A stretch of 64,000 nt of DNA. Source: Octopus sinensis (lineage: Eukaryota). Positions 36,582 to 50,224 of the stretch are shown in pieces (position 1 is the stretch's first letter; every line of letters starts with the position of its first letter). The translations under genes and the position numbers were made by a program. Under the pieces are notes generated by a model. The model saw only the letters and a program-made list of their open reading frames with translations. It was not told the DNA's origin and searched no databases. Location of the stretch: assembly GCF_006345805.1 (NCBI RefSeq), contig NC_043007.1, forward strand, positions 19,964,001 to 20,028,000. The letters are read 5' to 3'.

Positions 36582-36957
36582 GGATGGAAGCACTCCGTCG
36601 GTTACGACGATGAGGGTTCCGGTTGATCCGAATCAACGGAACAGCCTGCTTGTGAAATTAACGTGTAAGTGGCTGAGCACTCCACAGACACGTGCATCCT
36701 TAACGTAGTTCTCGGGGATATTCAGCGTGACACAGAGAGTGACAAGGCCGGCTCTTTGAAATACAGGTACAACAGAAACAGGAAGTAAGAGTGAGAGAAA
36801 GTTGTGGTGAAAGAGTACAGCAGGGATCACCACCATCCCCTGCCGGAGCCTCGTGGAGCTTTTAGGTGTTTTCGCTCAATAAACACTCACAACGCCCGGT
36901 CTGGGAATCGAAACCACAAGTCAGCTGCCCTAACCACTGGGCCATTGCGCCTCCACG
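36582..36957 (-). mobile_element. SINE family C (tail type 1), 12-bp TSD
   Basis: TSD aatcacaatatt at 36570-36581 and 36958-36969. Confidence 0.85.
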
Positions 36958-37775
36958 AATCACAATATTAATGAGTACATGAGACCAAATTATACTCCAA
37001 TTAAGCTGAAAAACTTAAAGTTGAGAAAATTAATGAATTGGTGATTGGTTCGTTACTGGATTATAATGGTGTTCATCATTCAAAGAAAACTATCAAACCG
37101 CAAGAAATACTTCATTTGTGACTTTATTATTATTGTGTTAAATTGTATAATCATAAAATCTAATTCCAGATTAAAGTTATACAATTGCTGTTAATTTTTA
37201 CTAATTTTACAATTTCATATTTCATTGTTTTTTCTTTTCCTTTATTATTTTTTTTTAAAGGAGGATGAATGCTGTGATTTAATGTTTCTTGAAAAGTTGA
37301 TGCATTGTGTAGTAGGCGAGTCCACTCTCTTACTTAAGCAGAACGTTGAGTTGCGAGTGTCATTCGTTGAATAAAGTCTTAGGTATACGCATCACTTGTT
37401 GCTACTTCTTACAACAGATACATAATCAAAATCAATACAAACAAGCTCCTCAGGCATGACATTAAACAACTCAGGGGAAAGGGTACTATCAGGGAGCAAA
37501 AACAACACTGCAATGAAGAATTGCCTTCAAACCCTATCAGAAAATGTAGTTTGAGAAATACACCCCAGCGAACACTTGAGCAGTCATTCTTCATGCTTTC
37601 AAAGAAACTTTTGAGTAAACAGCTGAGATAGTAAAGAAGGAAAAAAAAATCTTTCAAAAATCATGGATCAGTGCAGAGTTAAAATGTTTCAATCAACAAA
37701 AGCAGCAGAAGCAATCACTGAACTAAATGACTAAACTCAATGATAAACATGTTTGGCTAAAAGTATAAGGTCAAT

Positions 37776-38109
37776 GGCGCAGGAGTGGCTGTGTGGTAAG
37801 TAGCTAGCTAACCAACCACATGGTTCCGGGTTCAGTCCCACTGCGTGGCATCTTGGGCAAGTGTCTTCTGCTATAGCCTTAGGCCGACCAATGCCTTGTG
37901 AGTGGACTTGGTAGACGGAAACTGAAAGAAGCCTGTCGTATATATGTATGTGTATGTGTTTGTCTCCCTGTCACTTAGCGGTTCGGCAAAAGAAACCGAT
38001 AGAATAAGTACTGGGCTTACAAAGAATAAGTGCCGGGGTCGATTTGCGCGACTAAAGGCGGTGCTCCAGCATGGCCGCAGTCAAATGACTGAAACATGTA
38101 AAAGAGTAA
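37776..38109 (+). mobile_element. SINE family A
   Basis: Near full-length. Confidence 0.8.
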
Positions 38110-38664
38110 TGGTTTGATGAATTCATTTGTTTGCAAAGCAAAAGAAATGCGTAAACATTTGAAATATTTCCGGATTTCTTTCTTCCCCCAAAGCAAAACA
38201 TTTACTCATTAGCAATAAACAGAAATATTGGAAAGAGTAAAATGCTCTTCGGTAAACCAATACTCAAACCATATTTACAAGCAGTGTCCTTAATTAAGAT
38301 GGTATTTCTGTTAACCCCTGAAGCAAATCAAACATGGATAACTGCTGAATTGTTTCTGTTTTAGAGGGAAACAGCTTTTATGTACTGTATATTATATCAT
38401 GAACATTGAAGTGAGGCTTGTAAGTCTAGGATTTTAGTTCACGGGTTTGTAATTCTGCTCAACAGAATACATGAAAAAAATATCTCAAGATTCCTTAAAA
38501 GAAATTGGATTTGATTTGGTACAGTTACTGCAGATATGCTATACAATGTCTTCTTGGGAAGGTGACTGAAACAATCTAAAACATTGTTCGCCTTCTTAAA
38601 CTTATCATAAAGTATCTGTTAGGTTAGTCTCACACACAGTTGTTTGATATAAGTAAAATGGACT

Positions 38665-38745
38665 TTCTAATACATACCTCACTGTTCGCCATTCTAATAC
38701 ATACCTCACTGGTCACCATTCTAATACATACCTCACTGGTCACCA
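38665..38745. repeat. 3 x 27-bp tandem repeat
   Basis: ttctaatacatacctcactggtcacca units at 38665, 38692, 38719. Confidence 0.9.
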
Positions 38746-39855
38746 TTGTATTTGTACCGGAAAGATATCATGCAAAGATATGGTACCAATACCGTTGAAT
38801 TGAAAATATTAAAAGGAATTAAACAAAGATAGACCACATCATCTTCCCTTCTCAATATTTATATCAGAAACCTCTACATGATGTTGATGATATATTGAAA
38901 AGACTTTCAGACAATAAACATCATCATCATCATCGTTTAACGTCCGTTTTCCACGCTAGCATGGGTTGGACACTAAATGATAATATTCATTAGGCAAATG
39001 ATACTGCACTAATCAGCCAGAATGTTGAGAAATGATTTTGCAGATATCGTGAACATTGTTTGCGATTAGTAGCTGCCAATTCTATGAAAATAAATGCCAA
39101 GCCAGTAAGACACCAAACAAGACTATTCTCATTTCAAATGATTAGGTTCAACTAAAACCAATAATAGAAACTGTTTAATAGATATTTCTGCTTGTACTGA
39201 TATAACGAAAAGAAAATTCCTAGAGTCTGAAAACGAAGACTATGGAGTAAGTTATGTAGAGGTGCATGCCTGGACATTTAATACATGGGAAAGATGCAAA
39301 ATGTAATCTTGTTGAGTTGTGCACGTGGAGAAAGATGAACGATGTTATGTATCTGCTTGCAGGAAAAGAGCACAAATGAGAGCACACTGGAAGAACTTGC
39401 ATCTACTCTTAATAGGTACATATGACGGCCCCCTTTCTTGGTGTTGGAAAAGACAGCAACGGAACATCAAAAGGGGAAGGCTTACGCTCAGTATGTGGTC
39501 AGCATATCTTGATAAGACGCAGCTAAATAATGATCAATATTGCAAAACGGGTCAAGAGTGCAACAGGTAGTGAGTGTACAGGTGTTGTGTAGGTGGAAAC
39601 AGCAGAAAAACAATGGTCAGTCGGTTGGTATGCAGAGATGATTTATTCTTGTCTATCTCGATTACCTAGTTTACCTAGTTGTTCTTCTTCAGTAATCTGC
39701 TGGTTTGGTTTCACCTGAACAGCATTCAGACCAGCGTTAATGAAAATATGAAGAAATGCAGAAGATCATATGATTACAATGGTATCAAGTTGAAAATAAT
39801 TCACACAAGTCCAAAGGCTTAATTGCTGTTACATCACACCAGAAATAGCTTATTT

Positions 39856-40179
39856 TCACTTGTTTACAGAAGCGAGAACATCTGAACTTTGTAATAAGGA
39901 TATTTTGGTTTTCGGTAGCATGGCTTTTAGCTTGTCGTTTAATTGTCCCATGCTTATTTCATTTGACAAGTTGGTCTTGTTGGAAAAATTTTGATCATCT
40001 AATGAGACAAAGGGAATTGATTCCATGTTACTTTGAGAGACGTTTTCAAATGCATTCATTTCAGTGTCAGTCAAATTTTGTGTTTCACTGATCTTATTTC
40101 GGACAAAACCCCATTCCAGGAACTTCAGATTTACAAGTTTTGTTACCAAGGCAAATGTGTTGCTGTTTATCACGGCAGG
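39856..40179 (-). CDS. F-box/LRR gene last coding exon
   Basis: ttttattttgtcag|CCT GCC GTG ... AAC AAG TGA; PAVINSNTFALVTKLVNLKFLEWG...VNK*; 324 nt. Confidence 0.85.
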   Translation of the reverse strand, partial: PAVINSNTFALVTKLVNLKFLEWGFVRNKISETQNLTDTEMNAFENVSQSNMESIPFVSLDDQNFSNKTNLSNEISMGQLNDKLKAMLPKTKISLLQSSDVLASVNK

Positions 40180-40552
40180 CTGACAAAATAAAAAAAATGT
40201 AATAAATGAAATGAAAATATAAACAGAGAGAGAAAGACACACACACACACACACACAATGAGTGATTCAAAAGTCCCTTTAAAAAATTTCGGCACATGGC
40301 TTGCAAGTTTAGGGTAAGGGGTAAGTTGATTACACTGACCCCATTGTTCAACTGATACTTAATTTATAGACCCCCAAAAGGATGAAAGGCAAAGTCAACC
40401 TCTGTAGAATTTGAAGTCAGAACATAAGAGAAAATGCCGCTAAGAATTTTGTCTGGTGTGCCAATGATTCTGCCAGCTTGCTGCCTAAAGGTCTCTTTAA
40501 AATAATAATTTTATATATTATTTGAATAATAAAAGGAACTTTTGAATCAACC

Positions 40553-40585
<33 letters not shown>

Positions 40586-40700
40586 AATAATATTAGGGTA
40601 TTAAAGATTATAGAAATTTTTACTACCAGTGGCCTAGTGTACAAAAAAATTAGTCAATAGACTGTATATTATTCATATAAAATACAGTGTACATTAAAAA

Positions 40701-40901
40701 ACATTAAGAGGCTTCCATCATAGGAATCCATTTCGCTAGAAAGAACAGTTAAAGTCCAAACCACTAATTTAATTCCCGGACCATTAGATGGTAAATGTTT
40801 TTATTTTTCATTCCCTTCGAGAATTTATCCCTAATTAGTGGTTTGGATTTTAACTGTTCTTTCTAGCGTAATGGATTCCTATCATGGAAGCCTCTTAATG
40901 T
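40701..40901. mobile_element. MITE-like foldback (about 70-bp arms)
   Basis: acattaagaggcttccat... / ...atggaagcctcttaatgt. Confidence 0.65.
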
Positions 40902-40909
40902 ATTTTGTT

Positions 40910-41173
40910 GCCAGCCTCGCCTGGCCCCCGTGCCGGTGGCACATAAAAAGCACCATCCGATCGAGGCCGTATGCCAGACTCGTCTGGCACCTGTGCCAGT
41001 GGCACGTAAAAAGCACCCACTTCACTCATGGAGTGGTTGGCGTTAGGAAGGGCATCCAGCCGTAGAAACATTGCCAGATCAAACTGGGCCTGGTGCAGCC
41101 TTCTGGCTTCCCAGACCCCGGTCGAACCGTCCAACCCATGCTAGCATGGAAAGCGGACGCTAAATGATGATGA

Positions 41174-41178
<5 letters not shown>
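40910..41178 (+). mobile_element. RTE 3' end
   Basis: Family motifs and tail. Confidence 0.75.
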
Positions 41179-41217
<39 letters not shown>

Positions 41218-41565
41218 ATGTATATATATTATACTTTTGCATGAAGAGTGGTGACTGACTTTGAAGCTTCGGCCTGCTCGCCTTCAACGACAAGTCACTG
41301 TCACCATTCTTTTTGTAAAAGTATATTATACTCCACAAAGAATATTGAATAACTCTTCAATTTAAAGTGGAACTGTTTTTATTATAACTCAACATAAAAA
41401 CGAACATTAAGAAAGAAAGAAAGAAAGAGACACACAAAGTGACAGAGGAAGAAAGAAAGAGTTAAAGAGAGAGAGTGGGGATAGCAGTTGGTTATCGTTA
41501 AAAAGTTAATTTAATGATATAAAACAAATGCAGATTAATAAATTTAGCGAAATGCAAGGGGTTTC

Positions 41566-41624
<59 letters not shown>

Positions 41625-41804
41625 CAAAAATGATGGTAATTTTCTGTAGTTTTATTTTTAAACCTATTTGTGATTAGTGAAGGGTTTCCAAGAATATCTC
41701 TCTGATTCCTATAACAAAAGTTTGTGGACTTGTATCAATTTTGGTCCTTTATGCTACTGGTATTTAATACATCGGTTGTCAAGTGATGTTGGGGGGACAA
41801 ACAC

Positions 41805-42045
41805 AGGCGGCGAGCTGGCAGAAACGTTAGCACGCCGGGCGAAATGCTTAGCGGTATTTCGTCAGCCGTTACGTTGTGAGTTCAAATTCCGCCAAGGTCG
41901 ACTTTGCCTTTCATCCTTTCGGGGTCGATAAATTAAGTACCAGTTACGCACTGGAGTCGATGCAATTGACTTAATACCTATGTCTGTCCCTGTTTGTCCC
42001 CTCTGTGTTTAGCCCCTTGTGGGTAATAAAGGAATAGGTATTTAA
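41805..42045 (+). mobile_element. SINE family B
   Basis: Monomer ending aataggtatt. Confidence 0.78.
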
Positions 42046-42497
42046 TACTTAGTTCTTTGGTACCATTCTTATTGCATGTCCACAGTAACCCTAGTTACTA
42101 AAGAGCTTTGAAATCAACCCCAAAATCGCCCAGCCTTGCAGGGCTGCACCCACAGAGGTGCCACCACTTACAAATAGAACACGGTTGCAGGGCCATAAAG
42201 AAAATGCGAACTACGCAAGTCCAGAGCCAACTTCTTGCTTTCAATTCCAACAGACCAGCAGTGTCTGACCCACAGTACAGTCTTCCAAGCAATCATTGGA
42301 CTGATTGGCCACAGTTGGATACACTGTGCCGTCTTCTCCCAGGCGATGTCCTTGGTCATCACTGACAACAACAGACAAAGTAGTAGTAGTAGTAGTAGTA
42401 GTAGTATTGTTTTTACTACAACTCAGCTCAGCTGAAAGTTCAAATTTAAATTGCAAATTCCTAAAACTATATCTATTCCAATTATACAGTAATGTTT

Positions 42498-42856
42498 AGG
42501 CGCAGGAGTGGCTGTGTGGTAAGTAGCTTGCTTACCAACCACATGGTTCTGGGTTCAGTCCCACTGCATGGAACTTTGGGCAAGTGTCTTCTACTATAGC
42601 CTCAGGCTGACCAAAGCCTTGTGAGTGGATTTGGTAGACAGAAACTGAAAGAAGTCCGTCGTATATATATAGATATATGTTTGTGTGTCTGTGTTTGTCC
42701 CCCCAACATCGCTTGACAACCGATGCTGGTGTGTTTATGTCCCCATAACTTAGCGGTTCAGCAAAAGAGACCGATAGAATAAGTCCTGGGGTTGATTTGC
42801 TCGACTAAAGGCTGTGCTCCAGCATGGCCACAGTCAAATGACTGAAACAAGTAAGA
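42498..42856 (+). mobile_element. SINE family A
   Basis: Full-length. Confidence 0.8.
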
Positions 42857-43283
42857 GAGAGACTTCTTGTAGAGCGGTGAGGGTGGTGGGAGGTTCTACC
42901 TTCCATTTGCAAGGGATCGATGAACTTCACTGCGTAACTGTTCTGACTAAAGAAACCTCAGCATCATTCTGAAGCAAGGTTTTCAAACGTGTAATGTCCA
43001 CTGCCAAAGAGCAACAAGCACTGACCTATGGTAAGTAAAAGGAGGGATAACATGCAGGTGGTGAATCTCCCCTGTAGAAGGGAGAGAGAGAGAGAATGGA
43101 GTGAGAGAGAGAGAGAGAGGGAGGGAGGGAGAGAGAGATGAGGGAGACAGAGAGGGAGAGAGGAGACAGAGAGAGAGAGGAGACAGATAGGAAACAGATT
43201 GAGAGAGAGAACGGAGAGAGAGAGAGGAGAGAGAGAGAATGGAGAGAGAGATAGAAAGACATAGAGAGCAGTAATGTTCTCAC

Positions 43284-43395
43284 CTGATGAGTTGTGTCTG
43301 GCCAAATCACCAATTTTGAAAGATTATTCAGTGGACTCAGTTTGGTGTGCAATTTGTCAGATATGACGAAGAGCATTAGTTCAAGTTCTCTTAAA
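43284..43395 (-). CDS. F-box/LRR gene exon (LRR)
   Basis: cgttttctttcag|T TTA AGA ... CAT CAG|gtgaga; (C)LRELELMLFVISDKLHTKLSPLNNLSKLVIWPDTTHQ; 112 nt. Confidence 0.9.
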
Positions 43396-43689
43396 CTGAA
43401 AGAAAACGAAAAGGGATCCAGTTAAGTATTTGAGTCCCTTCAGCTAAAACCCGACCACAAAACTAGGCCTCCCTTTTTAAAATATGGAACGCAAGTAACC
43501 AATGTACCATTTATAAATAACATGGTCCCACATCGCAAGAATCATAATCACTCATTAAAAACCTTGTTTCAATGACTGAAACAATTATATTATATTTCTT
43601 CATTTCTTCTATCTCTTAATTATGTGTCTGCCTGCAACTAATTTGTTGATATCACGATTATATTAAATAATGACATTCGAGCGAGGTCA

Positions 43690-43965
43690 TTGCCAGTGCC
43701 GCTTGACTGGCTCCTGTGCTGGTGGTACATAAGAAACACCATTTCAGCGTGGCCATTGCCAGCACCGCCTGACTGGCCCTCGTGCTGGTGGCATGTAAAA
43801 GCACCCACTACACTCTCGGAGTGGTTGGCATTAGGAAGGGCATCCAGCTGTAGAAACTCTGCCAGATCAGATTAGAGCCTGGTGCAGCCATCTGGTTCGC
43901 CAGCCCTCAATCAAACCGTTCAACCTATGCTAGCATGGAAAGCGGACGTTAAACGATGATGATGT
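43690..43965 (+). mobile_element. RTE 3' end
   Basis: Family motifs and tail. Confidence 0.75.
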
Positions 43966-44765
43966 TGAATGAGTAATTTTCTTTTTCATTGTATACCAGT
44001 TTAAATTCTGGCCTATGTTTAACTAATATCATATCATCATCATCATCACCCTCCACTTTTCTATGTTTGCATGGGTCTGACGGAATTTGTTGAGGGCAGA
44101 TTTTGGCCAAATGCCATTCCTATCACCAAACCTCACTTGATTTCAGGCAAGCTACTATTCCAAACGGCCAGAAATATTTTTCCCACAGAATACTGGAAAC
44201 AAACAATATTGCTTGTATGACAATGATGCTCATTTACAAATATCATGTGATGTCTGTACATACATACTGGGTACACATAAATACAAGAAGGGCTTCTTTC
44301 AGTTTCCATGATTAAAAAAAAACTAAGAAATTGGTTTTCCCAATCATGTGGTATTGAGTTCACTCTCACTGAATGGCACCCTTGAGGAAGTGTCTTCTGC
44401 TATAACCTCAGAACAACAAAAGCCTTGTGAATGGATTTGGTAGAGGAAACTGAAAGAAGCCATCATATGTGTGTGTGTGTGTACTCTTGTGTTGATTTTA
44501 TGTGATTGAGTAAAAGCAGCATCAACATATAAGCTATGATGTCCAGTTCTCCAATGAAAAACATGTCCAGTTATGGGGAAACATTACCTTACTTGGAAAC
44601 AAGTCTGGGTTGGCAACAGGAAGGGCATCCAGCCATAGAAAATATGCTTCAACAAATTCTGTTCGATGCATGCAAGCATAGAAAAGTGGACATTATGATG
44701 ATGATGATGATAGGGCGGCACTGAATTAATATAATTCTGAATGAAGTACAATAAATGCTACTCAC

Positions 44766-44872
44766 CATTTTAAGTTGCCCAATGCCTTTGCCAAGCTGAC
44801 ATCATTTAAATTACCACCAAGTTCAAGATGAAGCCTTTCGAGATTCACAAGTTTACCTAACTGGAAATATGT
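44766..44872 (-). CDS. F-box/LRR gene exon (LRR)
   Basis: ttcttttttacag|ACA TAT ... AAA TG|gtgagt; TYFQLGKLVNLERLHLELGGNLNDVSLAKALGNLK; 107 nt. Confidence 0.9.
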
Positions 44873-45253
44873 CTGTAAAAAAGAAGTGAATAGAATCCAT
44901 TGAATAGAAGATAAAATTTGATATTTGCAAAAGAGAGAGATTTCATCAGTAAAAAAAACCATCATTGGCCGGGTAGTGATAAGTTAAAATTTGATCTTGA
45001 CCTCTCAGGTATTTGTGTCCATAGATTTATTAAAAGTTGAAATTTTATTAATGCCACAAGTTCAAACCCCAACACTGATTTTATCATGTGACCAATCTGA
45101 TGAGCAAGTACGAGTTGTAAAGTGATTTCAACAACTTGTTAGAAATAGCAGCTAAGTCTCCCTCAAATCACACCTAATCGTTTATAAACAAAAAAAAGTG
45201 CAAAAGCCACATTAAATAGTGTAGGCCTTAAATCAGTGTGTATGAGTGTGTGT

Positions 45254-45294
<41 letters not shown>

Positions 45295-45448
45295 TGTCTC
45301 CTTATTGGTCACGCAGGGCTGAACACAGAAGGGACAAAATACAAAGTAGAGCTTTTGTTTTTGTGAAAAAGAAGAGACGGAAAAAAAAGAAAGAAAAAAA
45401 AAGGTCGAATTCCAAACGAAAGGGATTGTGAAAAAAAAATAGATAGAT

Positions 45449-45611
45449 AGGCGCAGGAGTGGCTGTGTGGTAAGTAGCTTGCTAACCAACCACATGGTTC
45501 CAGGTTCAGTCCCACTGCGTGGCATCTTGGGCAAGTGTCTTCTGCTATAGCCCCGGGCCAACCAATGCCTTCTGAGTGGATTTGGTAGATGGAAACTGAA
45601 AGAAGCCTGTC

Positions 45612-45673
<62 letters not shown>

Positions 45674-45868
45674 TTGTCCCCCTAGCATTTTTTGACAACC
45701 AATACTGGTGTGTTTATGTCCCCGTTACTTAGCGGTTCGGCAAAAGAGACCGATAGAATAAGTATTGGGCTTACAAAGAATAAGTCCCGGGGTTGATTTG
45801 CTCGACTAAAAGGCGGTGCTCCAGCATGGTCGCAGTCAAATAACTGAAACAAGTAAAAGAGTAAAGAG
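45449..45868 (+). mobile_element. SINE family A
   Basis: Full-length. Confidence 0.8.
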
Positions 45869-46077
45869 AGATAGATGATAGACAGACAGACGGATAGATA
45901 GATGTTCTCAACTATCAGAAAGAGTGTTAAGAGAAAACATATTAAACATTTCAAAACTGAAACTGCCTCTGGTTATTATGCAAATCCTTGTATTTTAACA
46001 TGTTTATATTTAAGTTAAAAACTTTATCAGCCTTGGGTTGACTAAAACCTCGTGAGACGGAAAGTGAAGGAAGACTG

Positions 46078-46275
46078 TCATCATCATCATCATCATCATC
46101 ATCGTTTAACGTCCGTTCTCCATACTAGCATGGGTTGGACGGTTCGACCGGGGATCTGGGAAGCCAGAAGGCTGCACCAGGCTCCGGTCTTATCTGGCAA
46201 TGTTTCTACAGCTGGATGCCCTTCCTAACGCCAACCACTCCGTGAGTGTAGTGGGTGCTTTTTACGTGCCACGTG
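46078..46275 (-). mobile_element. RTE 3' end
   Basis: Family motifs and (CAT)n. Confidence 0.75.
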
Positions 46276-46531
46276 TGTGTATTTGTCCCCAACACCATTG
46301 CCTGACAGCCGAGGTTGGTGGACTTACGTGCCCATAACTTAGAGGTTCAGCAAAAGACATCGATAGAATAAGTATTAGGCTTACAAAGAATAAGTCCTGG
46401 GGTTGATTTGTTCAACTAAAGGTGGTGCTCCAGCATGGCCCCAGTCAACTGACTGAAACAAGTAAAAGAATAAAGGAATAAAGATATTTTGGATTAAAGT
46501 TTGGGATCAGTTTTGGTAACGCAATACCTAC

Positions 46532-46636
46532 CTCAGATGTCCAGTTGGTACATTCCCCCAACTCTAATACTTTCAAGCTACGGAGTTCTCCTAAGTAATC
46601 AAAATCGTGATCACTGGCTTTCAAAGATGTAATAGA
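46532..46636 (-). CDS. F-box/LRR gene exon (LRR)
   Basis: tttcctttgcag|TCT ATT ... TCT GAG|gtaggt; SITSLKASDHDFDYLGELRSLKVLELGECTNWTSE; 105 nt. Confidence 0.9.
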
Positions 46637-46659
46637 CTGCAAAGGAAAAAAAAATATAT

Positions 46660-46888
46660 ATTTCTTTACTACCCACAAGGGGCTAAACACAGAGGGGACA
46701 AACAAGGACAGACAAACAGATGTAGTCGATTACATCGACCCCAGTGCGTAACTGGTACTTTATTTATCGACCCCGAAAGGATGAAAGGCAAAGTCGACCT
46801 CGGCGGAATTTGAACTCAGAACGTAACGGCAGACGAAATACGGCTACGCATTTCGCCCAGCGTGCTAACGTTTCTGCCAGCTCGCCTT
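46660..46888 (-). mobile_element. SINE family B within the 383-bp intron
   Basis: Sense to the gene; tail ends about 20 nt before the acceptor at 46637. Confidence 0.8.
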
Positions 46889-47019
46889 ATATATATATAT
46901 ATATATTTCAAAAATGTAAGTACTTGAGTTAATCTGTTCAACTAAAATAAGCCTCAATCTAAATCTATGAAATATAATAAAAAGTTAATATGAAAAAATA
47001 TTTTTAAAAAAATACTTAC

Positions 47020-47164
47020 AAGATGTCGAAGTTGCTTTAATTTAATCAATTCAAAGATCCCAGATGGGAAAGATGCAACTAAACCTCCTGTGCCACGTAG
47101 CTGTAGTTTCTTCAACATTTTTACATTACAAAATTTGGTAAAATCAATCTTGGTTGGTGTTGTC
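47020..47164 (-). CDS. F-box/LRR gene exon (LRR; absent from ORF track)
   Basis: ccatttactag|G ACA ACA ... CAT CTT|gtaagt; (W)TTPTKIDFTKFCNVKMLKKLQLRGTGGLVASFPSGIFELIKLKQLRHL; 145 nt. Confidence 0.9.
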
Positions 47165-47393
47165 CTAGTAAATGGAATGATACCAAAAGAGATTGCTCAA
47201 TAGAATCATGTATTAACTAAATGAATAAAAAATTTCAATATATTACTGTTGTTATGAATGTCATAATAAAATTCTGATATCAAATTCCTATTTTACAGAA
47301 AAATAAAAGGAAACACAGATGCGGAATGGTTGTGAAGACAGCTTAGAAGATTGAGTAAATACTCTAAGAAGACGGAATTATTATTGTAAAATA

Positions 47394-47696
47394 TCTTTAT
47401 ATATAAAAGTGAAGTTGTGTGAGTGTCTGTCTCCTACGATTTAGATTCCTTACTCCCACATTTTGCGGTGCAGTTTAACCAAAAGCGGGTATCTTATAGT
47501 CGTGATTCATATCGAGCCCTTCTGGGTATTAGCGCGCGTCTACGATGAGTCTACGATTTAAAAAAAAATTTACCATCATTTTTCCCCATTTTTAATGCAT
47601 TCTTTTTTTGCTATTATATAAGGGAAGTAACTCTCTAAAAATGCTTATATAGTTATTTCCCTTTCAAACCCAAGCAACGTCAGGCGATACTGCTAG
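47394..47696 (+). mobile_element. Non-autonomous Helitron
   Basis: a|TC ... CTAG|t. Confidence 0.82.
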
Positions 47697-47871
47697 TCTG
47701 ATATACAAGCAGAAAAAAAAAATCCAGCTTTTCTTGAAGTCAATTTTACTGGGTTGAAAAAAACACCAATGACAAATTTAGTTAAAGATTTACTGCGAAA
47801 TATGACTGATGTTAAGTATGGATGGACTTTTGAAATAGCTGACTCAGTATATTTTTTAAAAAACGGTTTAA

Positions 47872-48078
47872 CCCTTTCGTTACTGTATTTATTTTGAGAT
47901 GCTCTGTGTTTCTTTCAATTATTTTACATATAACAAAGAATTTAGTAAAATAACTTAGTTATAATTAAACAAGTATTAAGAACATAAATTGTGGAAGATT
48001 TTAATGCAAAACTTATGAAAACAAGACATTTGTACTACAGAGCCAGAGCCGGTTTTGGCCGGGTTGGTAACGAAAGGG
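47872..48078. mobile_element. piggyBac-type MITE
   Basis: TTAA at 47868-47871 and 48079-48082 flanking CCCTTTCG...CGAAAGGG. Confidence 0.82.
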
Positions 48079-49351
48079 TTAATATTTCACTGATAAAGTT
48101 TGTACAGATATTCTCCAAACCTATGATGTGCCCTTCTTTTTTTTCTTAAACCTTAATTGTTATAACAATGGTAGGAACTCCAACTGAAATAGAGTCTATT
48201 ATAAACAAGTACTTGCGTAATATTGAGTTTTTTATCTAATCTTTTGATCCACACTACACAAGAATATTCCTATGATAATTTTGAATTTTGGTAATTCTAC
48301 AGGTAATTAATGCTTTCATACTGGTTCAAAATATTGGCACAAGGCCAGCAATTTCAGGAGAAGGAGCAAGTCAATTACGTGGACCCCAATGGTTGACTGG
48401 TTCTTATTTTATCAACCCCAAAAGGATCAAAGTCAAAGTCAATTTCAACAGAATTCAAACTCAGAACATAAAGATTGATAAAATGCCATGGAGCATTTTA
48501 TCTGCAATGCTAATGATTCTGCCAGCATGGGGCCTTAATAAATACTTTAATGATGTTATGTTTGCATTCATCTCAACAAAGTATGAATCACTTATCCTGA
48601 TCCTACTTTTAATTGTCTTGCACATATGAACTGTTTTCATCAGTATATTTACATGTAAGTATCTAATTATACAACAGACTACAGGGCCTTGCTAAATGCT
48701 TTCAATATTTCCCTTACACTAAGGCGATGAGCTGGCAAAAACGTTGGCATGCCGGGCGAAATGCTAAGCGGTATTTCGTCTGTCTTTATGTTCTGAGTTC
48801 AAATTCTGCCGAGGTCAACTTTGTCTTTCATCCTTCTGAGGTTGATAAATTAAGTACCAGTTGTGTACAGGGGTTGATCTAATCAACTGGCCCACTCCCG
48901 CAAAATTTTGGGCCTTGTGCCTAGGGCAGAAAAGAATATTTCCTTTACACTTGCTACACCACAAATATAGCATAGATAGGATCATGTGCTAGAATCCAAT
49001 TTATATTAATCTTTTTTTTTTCAAGTAGTTTAATGACCATATTTGGTTAACAAACATCAGAACTCTGCCCGGAGTCACTCATACATTTCAAGCAGTTAAC
49101 GATAATAGTTAGTAAAAGCACATAGGCTAGTGATTAGAGATGCACTCAAGATCATAAGGTTGTGGTTCCAATTCCTGGACTGGGCAGCGCATGGTATCCA
49201 CAAGCAAAACACTTCATTTAGCATTGCTCCAGTTCACACAGAAGTAAATGAATTCCAGCAATAACCAGGAAGTTAACCCTGCAACAGACCCAGTATCCTA
49301 TTCCAGGGGAGTGTTGTAACCTTATACACCACAGAAACTGGGTTAAGCTTC

Positions 49352-49592
49352 GAAGGCGGCGAGCTGGCACAATCGTTAGCACGCCGGGCGAAATGCTTAG
49401 CAGTATTTCGTTTGTCTTTACGTCCTGAGTTCAAATTCCGCCGAGGTCGACTTTGGCTTTCATCCTTTCAGAGTCGATAAATTAAGTACCAGTTACGTAC
49501 TGGGGTCGATGTAATCAACTTAATCCCTTTGTCTGTCCTTGTTTGTCCCCTAATGTTTAGCCCCTTGTGGGCAATAAAGAAGTAGGAAATAG
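49352..49592 (+). mobile_element. SINE family B with 18-bp TSD
   Basis: TSD gaaactgggttaagcttc at 49334-49351 and 49593-49610. Further copies near 36175, 40310, 48330, 48721. Confidence 0.88.
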
Positions 49593-50021
49593 GAAACTGG
49601 GTTAAGCTTCAGTCTTAAGAGTCCTAGGGATCATGAGAGAATTAAGTCCAAGTAACGAAGGCACTGAAGCAGCAGTCCTCATGGATAATGTCTTCCTATC
49701 CCATATAAGCTTATTAATTAAAAGAGTAACCAGTACTTGTCTAAGTTAATTTGATGATCTCGTTAATTAAGAATAACAAGTGTGGCATCCTATCACCTTC
49801 TTCAGTTAAAATGAACAGGAAAAACAAAAGCACAAATACTTTAAGATGTGGATTCAGCTAAAAATCATTAATGGAATAATACAAACTTCAATTTGTCATA
49901 ATGAAATTATTAGTCATATGTAGTATTGTTTCGGGTAATCATGTGACAATACAAGTAAAGCAAAAAGACCGAAAATAGTGAATTAGTGAATTTACAAGAA
50001 ATAGCACAAAATAACATGTAC

Positions 50022-50224
50022 CATTGTTGTTCATTGCTGATATCACTTATTCTTTTAGCAGTCAACTCTTGCAAATTGGGGAGCTTCTCACAGACTGTAT
50101 ACAACATAAGGGCAGGTACTTGATCAAAGTAGATTCGTTTTAGTGTTGTCAGTTGATCTAGAACAGGAGTTAGTTGGTGCCAAATGCGATTCCAATCATC
50201 TCCTAACTTCATTCCTTGTAGATT
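50022..50224 (-). CDS. F-box/LRR gene exon (LRR)
   Basis: atactgttgtag|AAT CTA CAA GGA ATG ... CAA TG|gtacat; NLQGMKLGDDWNRIWHQLTPVLDQLTTLKRIYFDQVPALMLYTVCEKLPNLQELTAKRISDISNEQQ; 203 nt. The donor is weaker, but its phase fits the next exon. Confidence 0.85.

Noticed and set aside
42964-43305. Alternative terminal exon GRFTTCMLSLLL...
   Set aside because: The acceptor derives from a (CT)n microsatellite and the peptide is not LRR-like; the 40179 exon continues the LRR pattern. Cannot be excluded as a minor isoform.
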